NCBI GenBank assembly: GCA_038113925.1
Contig: JAYNPV010000001.1
Location: forward strand, 1 to 29,668
Length of the DNA: 29,668 bases
Direction: 5' to 3'
Source: Gammaproteobacteria bacterium
Lineage (GTDB): Bacteria; Pseudomonadota; Gammaproteobacteria; Immundisolibacterales; Immundisolibacteraceae
Shown here: in pieces, positions 9,612 through 20,763 of the stretch
How the letters are laid out: each line of letters opens with the position of its first letter
How positions within the stretch are numbered: position 1 is the first letter of the stretch
Position numbers and translations under genes: made by a program
Notes under the pieces: generated by a model
Seen by the model: the letters and a program-made list of their open reading frames with translations, nothing else
Told to the model about the DNA's origin: nothing
The model's database searches: none

Positions 9612-10097
9612 ATGTCTAATTCAGCCATTAGAATTGACCCCGGCCTGACCAGGGAGATGGAGTTATTCAGGGAGCTTGGCGAGGAGGATGCCGCTTCGCT
9701 TGCCGCCATAGCGTCCCTGCGCGAGGTTGCCGGGAAAACCGATCTTTTCTCCCAGGGTGATGCGGCCGATAGCCTCTATATTCTGGTTGAAGGCCGGATA
9801 TCCCTCGCTATTCAGGTGCCGGGCCGCGCCCATGCCGAGTCGGTGGTTTCGACGGTTTCTACCGGTGAACTGCTGGGGTGGTCAGCACTGTTGCCTGACA
9901 GGGTTTGGCAGGTATCGGCACACGTTATCAAGCCCAGTCGGCTTATCGACATTCCCGGCGCAGAGCTGCGGCAACTGTGCGAGCGCAATTGTGGTCTGGG
10001 TTACAAGATAGCAACGCGAATGCTCGCCGTGGTGGGCCAGCGGCTCACCGAAAGTCGCGTGCAGTTTCTCGATATTTTCGGCCAGACCAGTGAGTGA
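9612..10097 (+). CDS. Stand-alone cyclic-nucleotide-binding (Crp-type effector) domain protein, no HTH
   Basis: LFSQGDAADSLYILVEGRI...GELLGWSALL...VSA beta-barrel pattern. At 161 aa it is too short for a Crp HTH. First gene of the hydrogenase operon. Confidence 0.88.
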   Translation: MSNSAIRIDPGLTREMELFRELGEEDAASLAAIASLREVAGKTDLFSQGDAADSLYILVEGRISLAIQVPGRAHAESVVSTVSTGELLGWSALLPDRVWQVSAHVIKPSRLIDIPGAELRQLCERNCGLGYKIATRMLAVVGQRLTESRVQFLDIFGQTSE

Positions 10098-12066
10098 TAC
10101 AGCAGTTAACCCTATCAATGCCATGCCTACCGAGGGGCTGGCTGTCCTGCTGTCGCTGCTGAGCCAACAGGGTTTTCGGCTGGTGGGGCCGCGCATCGGT
10201 AACGGGGCCATTCTTTATGACCAGATAGAAACGGTCGATGACCTGCCCGTCGGCTGGACCGATAAACAGGCCCCCGGTAGTTATCGTCTTGAAAAACGGG
10301 CTGACAATCGCGCGTTCGGCTATGTGGTGGGCCCACAATCGTGGAAAAAAGAGCTGTTTCTCCCCAGAGAGGTGATCCAGCAGAGCTCGCTCGAAACCGG
10401 CGCCTATCAGTGGCAGCCCGTTACCGCGCCGGTATCGCCCACGGCGTTTATCGGGGTTCGCGCCTGTGATCTGGCCGCTATCGGTATTCAGGATCGGGTT
10501 TTCGTTAGCGCAGAGCAGGCGGACCCAGCCTACGACGCCCGGCGTCAGTCGGCCTTTATCGTTGCCATTAACTGCACCGAGGCTGGCGAACTCTGCTTTT
10601 GTGACTCCATGGGCAGCGGACCGCGGGCTGAGAGTGATTTCGACCTCTGTCTCACCGAATTTGACGACTATTTCCTGGTGGAAACCGGTAGTGAAAAAGG
10701 GGCAGCCATCGCCCGGCAGTTGCCGCTAAAGGCCGCTAGCGATGCCGAAAAAAGCGACCTGAGCGCAGGTATTGAACAGTGTCGGCAACAGATGGGCCGT
10801 TCCCTTAATACGGAGGGCTTACCAGAGCTGCTGTTCGGTAATCTCAATCACCCGCAATGGGATAAAGTGGCTGACAGCTGCCTGGCCTGTGGCAACTGCA
10901 CTTCGGTCTGCCCGACCTGCTTCTGTTATTCGGTCGAAGAGGTTGCCGACCTGGGGGTCGGCGCGGCGGAGCGCGAGCGCAGCTGGGATTCCTGTTTTTT
11001 GCAAAATCACTCAAAGATTCACGGTGCAACTTTTCAATCTGAAATTAAAGACCGTTACCGTCAGTGGCTGACCCATAAATTTGGCAGCTGGCATTCACAG
11101 TTTGGCACTAGCGGTTGTGTCGGCTGTGGCCGGTGCATCGCCTGGTGTCCCGTCGGCATTGACCCCACCGAACAGATCGAAGCCATTCAGCAGGATGCCG
11201 CCGAGCCGGTGGCGCTGCCGGTGTATCGCGCCGAGGCACCGATTACCGACAGGCGCAATCTGTTTGAATCCACGGTCGCCAAAATCACCGCCATCAAGGC
11301 TGAAACCGACGACGTGGTGACTCTGGCGCTGGATTTGCCCGGCAATTATCACTACCAACAAGGCCAGTTCAATATGCTCGCCCTGCCCGGGTTGGGCGAG
11401 GTGCCCATCTCGGTGTCGGGCGATAGCAACGGCCAGATCGAACACACGATTCGCGACGTCGGTGCCGTTACTGCCGCGCTTACTTCACTCAAGGCCAATG
11501 ACACCCTGGGCCTGCGCGGACCCTATGGCACCGCCTGGCCGCTGGCTAAAACGACGGGGCGGCCGGTGACCATCATCACCGGCGGCATTGGCCTGGCACC
11601 GCTGCGGGGCGTGATGCGTAACCTCGCCAAACAAATTCGAAACCCGGACAGCGAATGGGTGAGCCTGGTCTACGGCGCGCGGGAAGAGAGCGGCCTGCTG
11701 TTCAGGGATGAACTGGAACAGTGGCAACGAAACCCGGCAATCAAGGTAGCGGTTACCCTTGATCGCGCCTCCCCCGGTTGGAGTGGCAACATTGGGACCG
11801 TCACCACGCTGCTGCAACGCAAACAGCTGCCGGTCGATGGGCTCTATCTGATCTGTGGTCCCGAGGTGATGATGGCGGCGGTGATTCGACAGTTAAACGA
11901 GGCTGAAATAGCGCCGGAAAATATCTACCTGTCGATGGAGCGCAATATGAAATGTGCCGCTGGTCACTGTGGCCGCTGCCAGTATGGCCCCTACTTCATC
12001 TGTAAAGACGGCCCGGTGTTCAACTATCCGCAGCTCGATTTTCTGTTTGGTCAGCAGGGGTTTTGA
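10090..12066 (+). CDS. Group 3b [NiFe]-hydrogenase (sulfhydrogenase) fused beta (2x[4Fe-4S]) and gamma (FAD/NAD(P), [2Fe-2S]) subunit
   Basis: Beta part has [16 protein letters not shown] and [16 protein letters not shown]. Gamma part has GQFNML...[29 protein letters not shown] and [14 protein letters not shown]...CKDGPVF. Single 658-aa ORF. Confidence 0.9.
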   Translation: MSDTAVNPINAMPTEGLAVLLSLLSQQGFRLVGPRIGNGAILYDQIETVDDLPVGWTDKQAPGSYRLEKRADNRAFGYVVGPQSWKKELFLPREVIQQSSLETGAYQWQPVTAPVSPTAFIGVRACDLAAIGIQDRVFVSAEQADPAYDARRQSAFIVAINCTEAGELCFCDSMGSGPRAESDFDLCLTEFDDYFLVETGSEKGAAIARQLPLKAASDAEKSDLSAGIEQCRQQMGRSLNTEGLPELLFGNLNHPQWDKVADSCLACGNCTSVCPTCFCYSVEEVADLGVGAAERERSWDSCFLQNHSKIHGATFQSEIKDRYRQWLTHKFGSWHSQFGTSGCVGCGRCIAWCPVGIDPTEQIEAIQQDAAEPVALPVYRAEAPITDRRNLFESTVAKITAIKAETDDVVTLALDLPGNYHYQQGQFNMLALPGLGEVPISVSGDSNGQIEHTIRDVGAVTAALTSLKANDTLGLRGPYGTAWPLAKTTGRPVTIITGGIGLAPLRGVMRNLAKQIRNPDSEWVSLVYGAREESGLLFRDELEQWQRNPAIKVAVTLDRASPGWSGNIGTVTTLLQRKQLPVDGLYLICGPEVMMAAVIRQLNEAEIAPENIYLSMERNMKCAAGHCGRCQYGPYFICKDGPVFNYPQLDFLFGQQGF

Positions 12067-12070
12067 GGCA

Positions 12071-12859
12071 GTGACAGAGATAGCGACCGATAATCGACCC
12101 ACGCTAGGGGTGTTTAAGCTGGCCTCCTGTGATGGTTGTCAGCTTACCCTGCTCGATTGCGAGGATGAGCTGCTGTTGCTGGCCGAGCAGATCAATATTG
12201 TCCACTTCCCCGAAGCCACCTCTCCCGGTCAACACCGGGGGCCTTTTGATCTGGCGATCATCGAAGGCTCGGTCTCCACTCCGGAGCAGCTGGAGGAGGT
12301 GCAGCAGATACGCGGCGATGCCCGGGTGCTGATCACCATTGGTGCCTGTGCCACCAGTGGCGGCATTCAGGCGCTGCGTAATTTTGGTGACCACGATGAG
12401 TACCAGCGGGTGGTCTATGCCCGGCCCGAGTACATCTCCAGCCTGGCCACTTCAACCCCGGTGGCGGACCACGTGGCGGTTGATTTTGAACTGCGCGGCT
12501 GCCCGGTATCCAAAATCCAGTTGCTGGAACTGATCACCGCCTGTTTGCAGGGCCGTACCCCGGCCATTAACAACGAAAGTGTCTGCGTCGAGTGCAAGCG
12601 TAACGGCACCGTCTGCGTGATGGTGTCGCAGCAGATGCCCTGTCTTGGGCCGGTTACCCATGCCGGCTGTGGTGCCATCTGCCCGGCGTTCAATCGCGGC
12701 TGCTTCGGCTGTTATGGCCCCAAAGAGTCGGCAGCCACTGAATCGCTGGCGGCGCAGATAAAGGCCCAGGGTCAGACCGATGCCGAGATTAAAAGGCTGT
12801 TTCGTCTGTTCACCGCCGGGTCAGAAGCCTTCAGCACAGAGAGCCAACGTCATGAGTGA
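12071..12859 (+). CDS. Group 3b [NiFe]-hydrogenase small (delta) subunit
   Basis: KLASCDGCQ, EGSVS, IGACATSGG, GCP, and a C-terminal CVEC...CLGP...CGAIC...CFGC cluster. GTG start at 12071 inferred after GAGG. Confidence 0.92.
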   Translation: MTEIATDNRPTLGVFKLASCDGCQLTLLDCEDELLLLAEQINIVHFPEATSPGQHRGPFDLAIIEGSVSTPEQLEEVQQIRGDARVLITIGACATSGGIQALRNFGDHDEYQRVVYARPEYISSLATSTPVADHVAVDFELRGCPVSKIQLLELITACLQGRTPAINNESVCVECKRNGTVCVMVSQQMPCLGPVTHAGCGAICPAFNRGCFGCYGPKESAATESLAAQIKAQGQTDAEIKRLFRLFTAGSEAFSTESQRHE

Positions 12860-14186
12860 GTCACCCGTTTCCGGCGAAAAAACCTACAAGGTCGATCTGC
12901 TCACCCGGGTGGAGGGTGAAGGTCGCTTTTACCTGAAGGTCAAAGACAGTCAGGTGGTCGAATCGAAACTGAATATTTTTGAGGCACCCCGTTATTTCGA
13001 AGCCCTGCTGCGGGGTCGCAGTATCGAAGAGGTCCCCGATATCGTCGCCCGCATTTGCGGAATCTGCCCCGTCGCCTATCAGATGAGCGCTGTCCGCGCC
13101 CTGGAAACCGGGCTGGGCATGGTGCCCTCACCCCAGATTCGCGCCCTGCGCCGCTTACTCTATTGTGGTGAGTGGATCGAAAGCCATGCGCTGCACGTCT
13201 TTTTGCTGCACGCCCCGGATTTCCTTGGTTACGACAGCGCCATGGCGATGGCGGCTGATCATAAAGATATTGTTGAGCGTGGCCTGAAGATGAAAAAGGC
13301 CGGCAACGCCCTTGTCGAAACCCTGGGCGGGCGGGCGATTCATCCCATCAGCATTCGCGTCGGTGGCTTCACCAGTACGCCGGACAAACGAGCCTTCAGG
13401 CAACTGCGGGTCGACCTGGAGAATGCCCTGGCCGACGCGGTCGATACCGTCGCCTGGACAGGCCAGCTGACCTTCCCCGATTTTAATCGCGACTACACCT
13501 TCGCCTGTCTCGATGGCGACCAGTATCCGCTGGAGTGGGGTGACTCCATCCATATCAGTGGTGTTGGCAGTTTTGCGGTAGAGGAGTTTCATCAGCAGAC
13601 CCGTGAGACTCATGTCGAGCACTCCACGGCGCTGCAATCCCATACCAAAAAGGGACAAACCTATCTGTGCGGCCCCATGGCGCGGCTCAATCGCCACCAT
13701 CAGCGCCTGCATCCCACCGCCCTCAGGGCGCTGGCGCAATCCGGCCTGACCCTGCCGGTCACCAATCCCTACCAGTCCATTGTGGTGCGGGCGGTGGAGC
13801 TGGTTCATGCCCTGGCCGAGGCCATCGATATTATTGATAGTTACCAGCAACCCGGCGCGCCCTTTGCCGATTATCAGCCCCGCGCCGCCACCGGCAGCGG
13901 CGCTACCGAAGCGCCCCGCGGCCTGCTGGTGCATCGTTACCAGTTCGGTGCCGATGGCCTGATTAAAGACGCAGAAATTATTCCCCCCACCTCGCAGAAC
14001 CAGGCGCAGATTGAGGGCGATCTCTGCTCCATCGCGCCACGGCTGATGGAGCTCGATCACGCTGCGGCCACCCATCTATGCGAGCAGTTAATTCGCTCCT
14101 ACGACCCCTGCATCTCCTGCGCCACCCATTTTCTCAAGCTCGAAATTGACCGCGGCAATGAACAGAGCGGAGATAGCAACCCATGA
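12852..14186 (+). CDS. Group 3b [NiFe]-hydrogenase large (alpha) subunit
   Basis: TRVEGEG, L1 motif RICGICPVAY, EAPRG, and L2 motif DPCISCATH followed by an 18-aa cleavable C-terminal tail. ATG at 12852 overlaps the delta stop region. Confidence 0.95.
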   Translation: MSESPVSGEKTYKVDLLTRVEGEGRFYLKVKDSQVVESKLNIFEAPRYFEALLRGRSIEEVPDIVARICGICPVAYQMSAVRALETGLGMVPSPQIRALRRLLYCGEWIESHALHVFLLHAPDFLGYDSAMAMAADHKDIVERGLKMKKAGNALVETLGGRAIHPISIRVGGFTSTPDKRAFRQLRVDLENALADAVDTVAWTGQLTFPDFNRDYTFACLDGDQYPLEWGDSIHISGVGSFAVEEFHQQTRETHVEHSTALQSHTKKGQTYLCGPMARLNRHHQRLHPTALRALAQSGLTLPVTNPYQSIVVRAVELVHALAEAIDIIDSYQQPGAPFADYQPRAATGSGATEAPRGLLVHRYQFGADGLIKDAEIIPPTSQNQAQIEGDLCSIAPRLMELDHAAATHLCEQLIRSYDPCISCATHFLKLEIDRGNEQSGDSNP

Positions 14187-14659
14187 GCCTTAAAATTATC
14201 GTCCTCGGCAATGCCACTGCCGGGGATGACGGTGCCGCGATCCTCGCCGCAAAGGCGCTTCAACTGGAATCCGATAACCGGGTCGAGATTATCTTTGCCG
14301 GCCGCCCCGGCACCGGACTGCTGGATCTGCTGGAAGGGCCCGAGCCGGTGATACTGATGGATGTGGTCAGCGGCAGCGGTGAGCCGGGAGGAATCATTTC
14401 GATATCGCTGGATCAGCTCACCGAACAGCTGCAACCGGCTGCACAAACCTCCTCCCACGGTTTCGGCCCTACCGAGGTGCTGAGCCTGGGTAAGGTGCTG
14501 GGGCGGCAGCTGCCCAGCGGTTATCTGGTGGGCATCGAAGGGCAGCGGTTTGACCCGGGAGAGCAGCTCACTGCCGCGGTGCAACAGCAGCTACCTGAAT
14601 ATATAGCGAGGGTTCAGGCATTGATTTCCATGGGTGGGCAAGCCGCTCCCGGTCCATAG
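14183..14659 (+). CDS. Hydrogenase maturation endopeptidase
   Basis: IIVLGN...GDDG, VILMDVV and SSHGFG motifs. Overlaps the large-subunit gene by 4 nt. Confidence 0.9.
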   Translation: MSLKIIVLGNATAGDDGAAILAAKALQLESDNRVEIIFAGRPGTGLLDLLEGPEPVILMDVVSGSGEPGGIISISLDQLTEQLQPAAQTSSHGFGPTEVLSLGKVLGRQLPSGYLVGIEGQRFDPGEQLTAAVQQQLPEYIARVQALISMGGQAAPGP

Positions 14660-14820
14660 TTTTCGCTCATCCCCGGGGCCTGCTATCCGCACCGGCTGGG
14701 CCCGGAACATGGCCCAGGTCAATTACTCGAACGATTGTGAACAGTCGCTGGTGTTTCTGTGCGATTTTTATCTCCTTGGTTTGGCCGAACGGTTAGCCGC
14801 ATTCCCACGGAGGAGAGGAG

Positions 14821-16158
14821 ATGGATCAGCACTACGAACCCGAGTTATTAACCGCCGAAGACCTTGACGATATGTTGATCGATCAGCCCGAGGCGGGCCG
14901 CTTTGAGGTGGGCCGGCGGATGTTTGAAGACCCCGCTGTCTTCGAGCTGGAGATGCGCTACATCTTCGAATCGACCTGGATTTACGTCTGTCATGAGAGC
15001 CAGGTTCCTAACCCGCATGACTATTTTGCCGGCCGTATCGGGGTCAACAAGGTACTGATCACCCGTAACGGTGATCGTGAAATCAGGGGATTCTTAAATA
15101 GCTGTACCCATCGAGGTGCCCAGCTCACCACGCAGAAACGGGGTAATCAGAAACATTTTATGTGTCCCTTCCACGGCTGGGTGTTTAACAGTGATGGGGT
15201 CTGTTCGGTGGATAGTCATGATGATGGTGCCTACAGCGACTTGTTTGATGCCCAGGATCACAATCTGGTCGCGTTGTCGAAACTGGAGAGTTACCGGGGG
15301 TTCATCTTTGCCAGCCTGAGCGCTGATGTGCCCCCGCTAAAGGACTTTCTGGGCGGGGCGGCCATTGCCCTGGATATGTTCGCGGATCAGTCCGAAGATG
15401 GGCTGGAGGTGCTCAAAGGAGAGATTCGCTACTCATCGCGGGCAAACTGGAAAATCCAGCTGGAAAATATTGACGGATACCATTTCTTCCCGACCCACAT
15501 GAGCTACATCGGTCTGATCCAGAAGCGCATGCAGGAGGATAATCCCACGGTGCAGACCATCGATGCTACTGAAATGGCGAACATGCCCGGTGGCGCCTAT
15601 GAGTTTGAAAACGGCCACTGCATGAACTGGACCTTTATGCCCAATGGCGATGACCGGCCCCTGGGGTTCCAGCGCCAGCGTATTGAAAAGAAGTACGGCA
15701 GCGAACGCAGCCGCTGGATGATTGACCATGTGCGCAACGTAATTATTTATCCCAGCGTACTGTTTATGGACCAGTCCTCCACCACTATTCGCCTGGTCCA
15801 CCCGGTCAGCGCCACCGAATCACTGGTGGAAATCTACTGCATTGCCCCCAAAGGCGAACCGGCGGAAGCTCGCGTGCGGCGCATTCGTCAATACGAAGAT
15901 TTCCTTGGCCCTGCCGGGCTGGCAACCACCGATGATCAGAGTCTGTTCGAGGCCTGTCAGCGCTCGGTGATGAGCCAACAGATTCCGATGATGCACGGTT
16001 ATGGCCGCGGTATCGAGCGGATGAAACCGGGCACTGACGAAGCCGGCAAGGCCGTGGGTATCGACGCCCTTAACCATGGCGACATCAACGATGAAACCAT
16101 GATCTACGGCTCCTACCGCCTCTGGAAGGAGTTATTGGCCAAAGGAATGCGGGGTTAA
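14821..16158 (+). CDS. Rieske aromatic ring-hydroxylating oxygenase alpha subunit (benzoate/anthranilate-type)
   Basis: Rieske ligands CTHRG...CPFHGW, mononuclear Fe motif NWKIQLENIDGYHFFPTH and distal DD..LFEACQ. Strong RBS GGAGAGGAG. Confidence 0.9.
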   Translation: MDQHYEPELLTAEDLDDMLIDQPEAGRFEVGRRMFEDPAVFELEMRYIFESTWIYVCHESQVPNPHDYFAGRIGVNKVLITRNGDREIRGFLNSCTHRGAQLTTQKRGNQKHFMCPFHGWVFNSDGVCSVDSHDDGAYSDLFDAQDHNLVALSKLESYRGFIFASLSADVPPLKDFLGGAAIALDMFADQSEDGLEVLKGEIRYSSRANWKIQLENIDGYHFFPTHMSYIGLIQKRMQEDNPTVQTIDATEMANMPGGAYEFENGHCMNWTFMPNGDDRPLGFQRQRIEKKYGSERSRWMIDHVRNVIIYPSVLFMDQSSTTIRLVHPVSATESLVEIYCIAPKGEPAEARVRRIRQYEDFLGPAGLATTDDQSLFEACQRSVMSQQIPMMHGYGRGIERMKPGTDEAGKAVGIDALNHGDINDETMIYGSYRLWKELLAKGMRG

Positions 16159-16425
16159 AACCCCATCGGGAAGAAGTTACTTTGGCGCTTGCTGACCGGT
16201 GAAAGCCAGTACCTTTGCTTTGTTAGGGCGCGTGGTTCGGGGAGTGATCAGGCCCGGGTCAGTGGTGGTCAGGGCGGTGACCGATTCCCTGATCATTGGT
16301 GAGAATTTTCGGGGGACGGCATTCGGGTTGGGGCGTTTTGGCGCATCAGGTCGGCACGACACTGCAGGTTGCGCAGCGTCGGTCGGAAAGGCGGCGAACG
16401 TAGGTTACCCCGGTATCTCGAACGG

Positions 16426-16456
16426 CTGCCCTCTCCCTCGAAGGGGCAGAGGGCAG
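16426..16456. terminator. GC-rich hairpin just downstream of acnA (terminator or mRNA-stabilising stem)
   Basis: CTGCCCTCT (16426-16434) and AGAGGGCAG (16448-16456) form an inverted repeat with an inner CCCT/AGGG stem. There is no clear U-tract. Confidence 0.4.
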
Positions 16457-16469
16457 TGGCATCAAAGAA

Positions 16470-19163
16470 TCAGGCGGCGTTCATAAAGTCGCGCAGGACA
16501 TAATTGAGGATGCCGCCGTGGCGGTAGTAGTCCACCTCGATGGGGGTGTCGATACGCGCCAGGGCCTTGAATTCACGGCTTTCACCCTCGGCAATGACCC
16601 GCACGGTAATCTGATCACCGGGACGAATGTCATCACCCAGATCGGGGAATGCAAACTCTTCGTTGCCGGTAAGGCCGTGGGTCGCCGCACTTTCACCTTC
16701 AAGGTACTGCAGCGGTAACACGCCCATACCAATCAGATTGCTGCGGTGAATCCGTTCGTAGCTCTCGGCGAGCACCACTTTTACCCCCAACAGGAAAGTG
16801 CCTTTGGCGGCCCAGTCGCGGGACGAACCGGCGCCGTACATCTGCCCGGCAAGTACCACCAGGGGGGTGCCGTCGGCCCGGTATTTCGCGGCGGCGTCAT
16901 AAACCGAAAGTTCTTCACCGCTGGGCAGGTAACGGGTCCAGCCGCCTTCGCGGGGGGCGACCAGGTCATTCTTGAGGCGAATATTGCCGAAAGTGCCCCG
17001 GGTCATCACCCGGTCGTTACCCCGCCGGGAGCCGAAGCTGTTCCAGTCGTCCTTGTCGACGCCATGTTCCAACAGGTAGGCGGCAGCCGGGCCGTCAGCG
17101 GGAATGACCCCCGCAGGACTGATGTGATCGGTGGTGACAAAGTCCCCCAGTTTGAGCAGGGCGCGGGCACCGCTGATCGGGGCGATGGGCTGCGCTGTTT
17201 CGGGAAAATCAACGAAGAAAGGCGGCTCCTGAATATAAGTGGAGGAGGCTTTCCAGTCGTAAACGGCGGCAGAGTCGTCTGCCTCGATGGCGTTCCAGTC
17301 TGCGTTGCTGCTGGCCACATCTTTATAGCCGGCGGCGTAAAGCGCCGGGTCGTTGGCCAGCTGCATCGCCTGGGCCACCTCTTCGGTGGAGGGCCAGATA
17401 TCCTTGAAATAGACCGGCTCGCCACTGCTGCCGGTGCCGATGGGGTCGCTGTTGAAATCCACCTTGACATTGCCAGCCAGGGCATAGGCGACCACCAGCG
17501 GCGGTGAGGCCAGATAGTTGGCCTTGGTGTGGGGACTGACGCGACCTTCAAAGTTGCGGTTGCCGCTGAGCACGGCGCTGACCACCAGCTCTTTTTCATT
17601 GATGGCGTCAACGATGGCCGGGTCGAGGGGCCCGGAATTACCAATACAGGTGGTGCAGCCGTAACCGACGGTCTGAAAACCGATCTGGTCGAGGTAGTCC
17701 TGCAGGCCGGCTTTTTCGAGATAGCCGGTCACCACCCGCGAACCGGGGGCCAGGCTGGTTTTTACGGTGGGGGCCACGGTGAGTCCTTTTTCAACCGCCT
17801 TTTTGGCCACCAGGCCAGCGGCCACCATGACCCCCGGGTTGGAGGTGTTGGTGCAACTGGTGATGGCGGCAATCACCAGGGAGCCATGAGTTAATTCAGC
17901 ACCGTCATAACCGGCGACCACTGCCGTGGCATCTTCCGCAGTCACGCCAAAACCCTCGTCAGCAACCGGTTGCGGCAGACTCTGTTTGAACTGACTGGCC
18001 ATGTTGCTAAGGGCGATACGGTCGTGGGGGCGGCGCGGACCGGCCAGGCTCGGTTCAACGCCGCCGAGATCGAGTTCCAGGACATCGGTGAATTGCGGTT
18101 CCGGCATGTCGGCGGTGCGGAACATGCCCTGAGCGCGGTAGTAGTCTTCCACCAGCTGAATCTGCTCTTCACTGCGACCGGTGATGCGCAGGTAGTTCAG
18201 GGTTTCCTGATCGACCGGGAAAAAGCCCATGGTGGCGCCGTATTCAGGTCCCATGTTGGCGATGGTGCCGCGATCGGCGAGCGGCAGGTTATCCAGGCCG
18301 GCCCCAAAAAATTCGACGAACTTGCCGACCACGCCATACTTGCGCAGCTGCTGGACAATGGTCAGGGTCAGGTCGGTGGCGGTGACGCCCTCCTTCAGCT
18401 TGCCGGAGAGGCGGAAACCGATCACTTCCGGCATCGGGATATAGATCGGCTGGCCGAGCATGCAGGCTTCTGCCTCGATGCCGCCCACGCCCCAGCCGAC
18501 CACGCCGAGGCCGTTGATCATGGTGGTGTGGGAATCGGTACCCACCAGTGAATCGGGGTAGGCAACAGTGCCGTTTTGCTGCTTGGACAGCACGCTTTTT
18601 GCCAGGTGTTCAAGATTCACCTGGTGGACAATTCCCACCGACGGCGGGGTGATGTTGAGGGTTTCATAGGCGCCCTGGCCCCAGCGTAAAAATTCGTAAC
18701 GTTCCTGATTACGCTGAAATTCCAGGTCACTGTTTTGCTGCAGCGCCGAGGCACTACCGGCTTTATCAACCTGTACCGAGTGATCAATGACCAGATCAAC
18801 CGGCACCAGTGGCTCAATTTGACTCGGGTCCTTGCCGGCCCGTTTCATCGCGCTGCGCAGGGCCGCCAGGTCAACCACGCAGGGCACGCCGGTGAAATCC
18901 TGCAGTACCACCCGGCCGGGGATGAAAGGCACCTCACCGTCACCGCCTGTCTGACCCCATTTCATCAGCGCTTCGATATGAGCATCCTCAACCGCGGCGT
19001 GATCCTGATTACGCAGCACGGATTCGAGCAGCACGCGGATTGACAGCGGCAGTCGGGAGGTTTCACACAACCCTTTTTCTGCCAGGCTGGGCAGGCTGTA
19101 GTAATCAACCTCGCCGCTGCCGGATTGCAGGGTTTTACGGGTGAAAGAAAAATTAGAACTCAT
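16470..19163 (-). CDS. acnA: Aconitate hydratase A
   Basis: [69 protein letters not shown] and [13 protein letters not shown] at 19163 preceded by GGAG. Confidence 0.97.
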   Translation of the reverse strand: MSSNFSFTRKTLQSGSGEVDYYSLPSLAEKGLCETSRLPLSIRVLLESVLRNQDHAAVEDAHIEALMKWGQTGGDGEVPFIPGRVVLQDFTGVPCVVDLAALRSAMKRAGKDPSQIEPLVPVDLVIDHSVQVDKAGSASALQQNSDLEFQRNQERYEFLRWGQGAYETLNITPPSVGIVHQVNLEHLAKSVLSKQQNGTVAYPDSLVGTDSHTTMINGLGVVGWGVGGIEAEACMLGQPIYIPMPEVIGFRLSGKLKEGVTATDLTLTIVQQLRKYGVVGKFVEFFGAGLDNLPLADRGTIANMGPEYGATMGFFPVDQETLNYLRITGRSEEQIQLVEDYYRAQGMFRTADMPEPQFTDVLELDLGGVEPSLAGPRRPHDRIALSNMASQFKQSLPQPVADEGFGVTAEDATAVVAGYDGAELTHGSLVIAAITSCTNTSNPGVMVAAGLVAKKAVEKGLTVAPTVKTSLAPGSRVVTGYLEKAGLQDYLDQIGFQTVGYGCTTCIGNSGPLDPAIVDAINEKELVVSAVLSGNRNFEGRVSPHTKANYLASPPLVVAYALAGNVKVDFNSDPIGTGSSGEPVYFKDIWPSTEEVAQAMQLANDPALYAAGYKDVASSNADWNAIEADDSAAVYDWKASSTYIQEPPFFVDFPETAQPIAPISGARALLKLGDFVTTDHISPAGVIPADGPAAAYLLEHGVDKDDWNSFGSRRGNDRVMTRGTFGNIRLKNDLVAPREGGWTRYLPSGEELSVYDAAAKYRADGTPLVVLAGQMYGAGSSRDWAAKGTFLLGVKVVLAESYERIHRSNLIGMGVLPLQYLEGESAATHGLTGNEEFAFPDLGDDIRPGDQITVRVIAEGESREFKALARIDTPIEVDYYRHGGILNYVLRDFMNAA

Positions 19164-19309
19164 AACCGATCTCTCCATCGAAAAGAGTGGCCTGTGCAAT
19201 AGCTGCAAGTTTAGATACAGGCGAATGTCTGAACAGCCGCTACGCTGCGGCTCGTCCCCTGAGGGTAAGGTCAGCCCGGGGCTAAAGAAGGCGCTACAAA
19301 AAGGGTAGA

Positions 19310-19318
19310 ATTATAACA
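19310..19318 (-). promoter_or_regulatory. Extended -10 promoter candidate for acnA
   Basis: Minus strand reads TG-T-TATAAT, about 145 nt upstream of the acnA start. Confidence 0.4.
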
Positions 19319-19338
19319 TCGCCGCCCGCTTAGTTTAG

Positions 19339-20748
<1,410 letters not shown>

Positions 20749-20763
20749 GCGGTCCGGCTAATC

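Noticed and set aside
11954-12070. N-terminal extensions from the ORF track (delta subunit; likewise large subunit 12780, acnA 19208, argH 26309)
   Set aside because: They overlap neighbouring genes or promoters. Homology and RBS positions favour the downstream starts.
13155-14075. Long antisense ORFs (306 aa here; also 16746-17507, 17970-18551 and 29001-29663)
   Set aside because: They are shadows of well-supported genes on the opposite strand, typical of GC-rich codon bias, and contain no recognisable motifs.
14780-14800. Sigma54 promoter upstream of the Rieske oxygenase
   Set aside because: TGGCCG...GC spacing is 11 nt rather than the strict 10 nt.
19236-19253. Iron-responsive-element-like hairpin in the acnA leader
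   Set aside because: A 6-bp stem exists, but the loop (AGCGUA) does not match CAGUGN and there is no bulged C.
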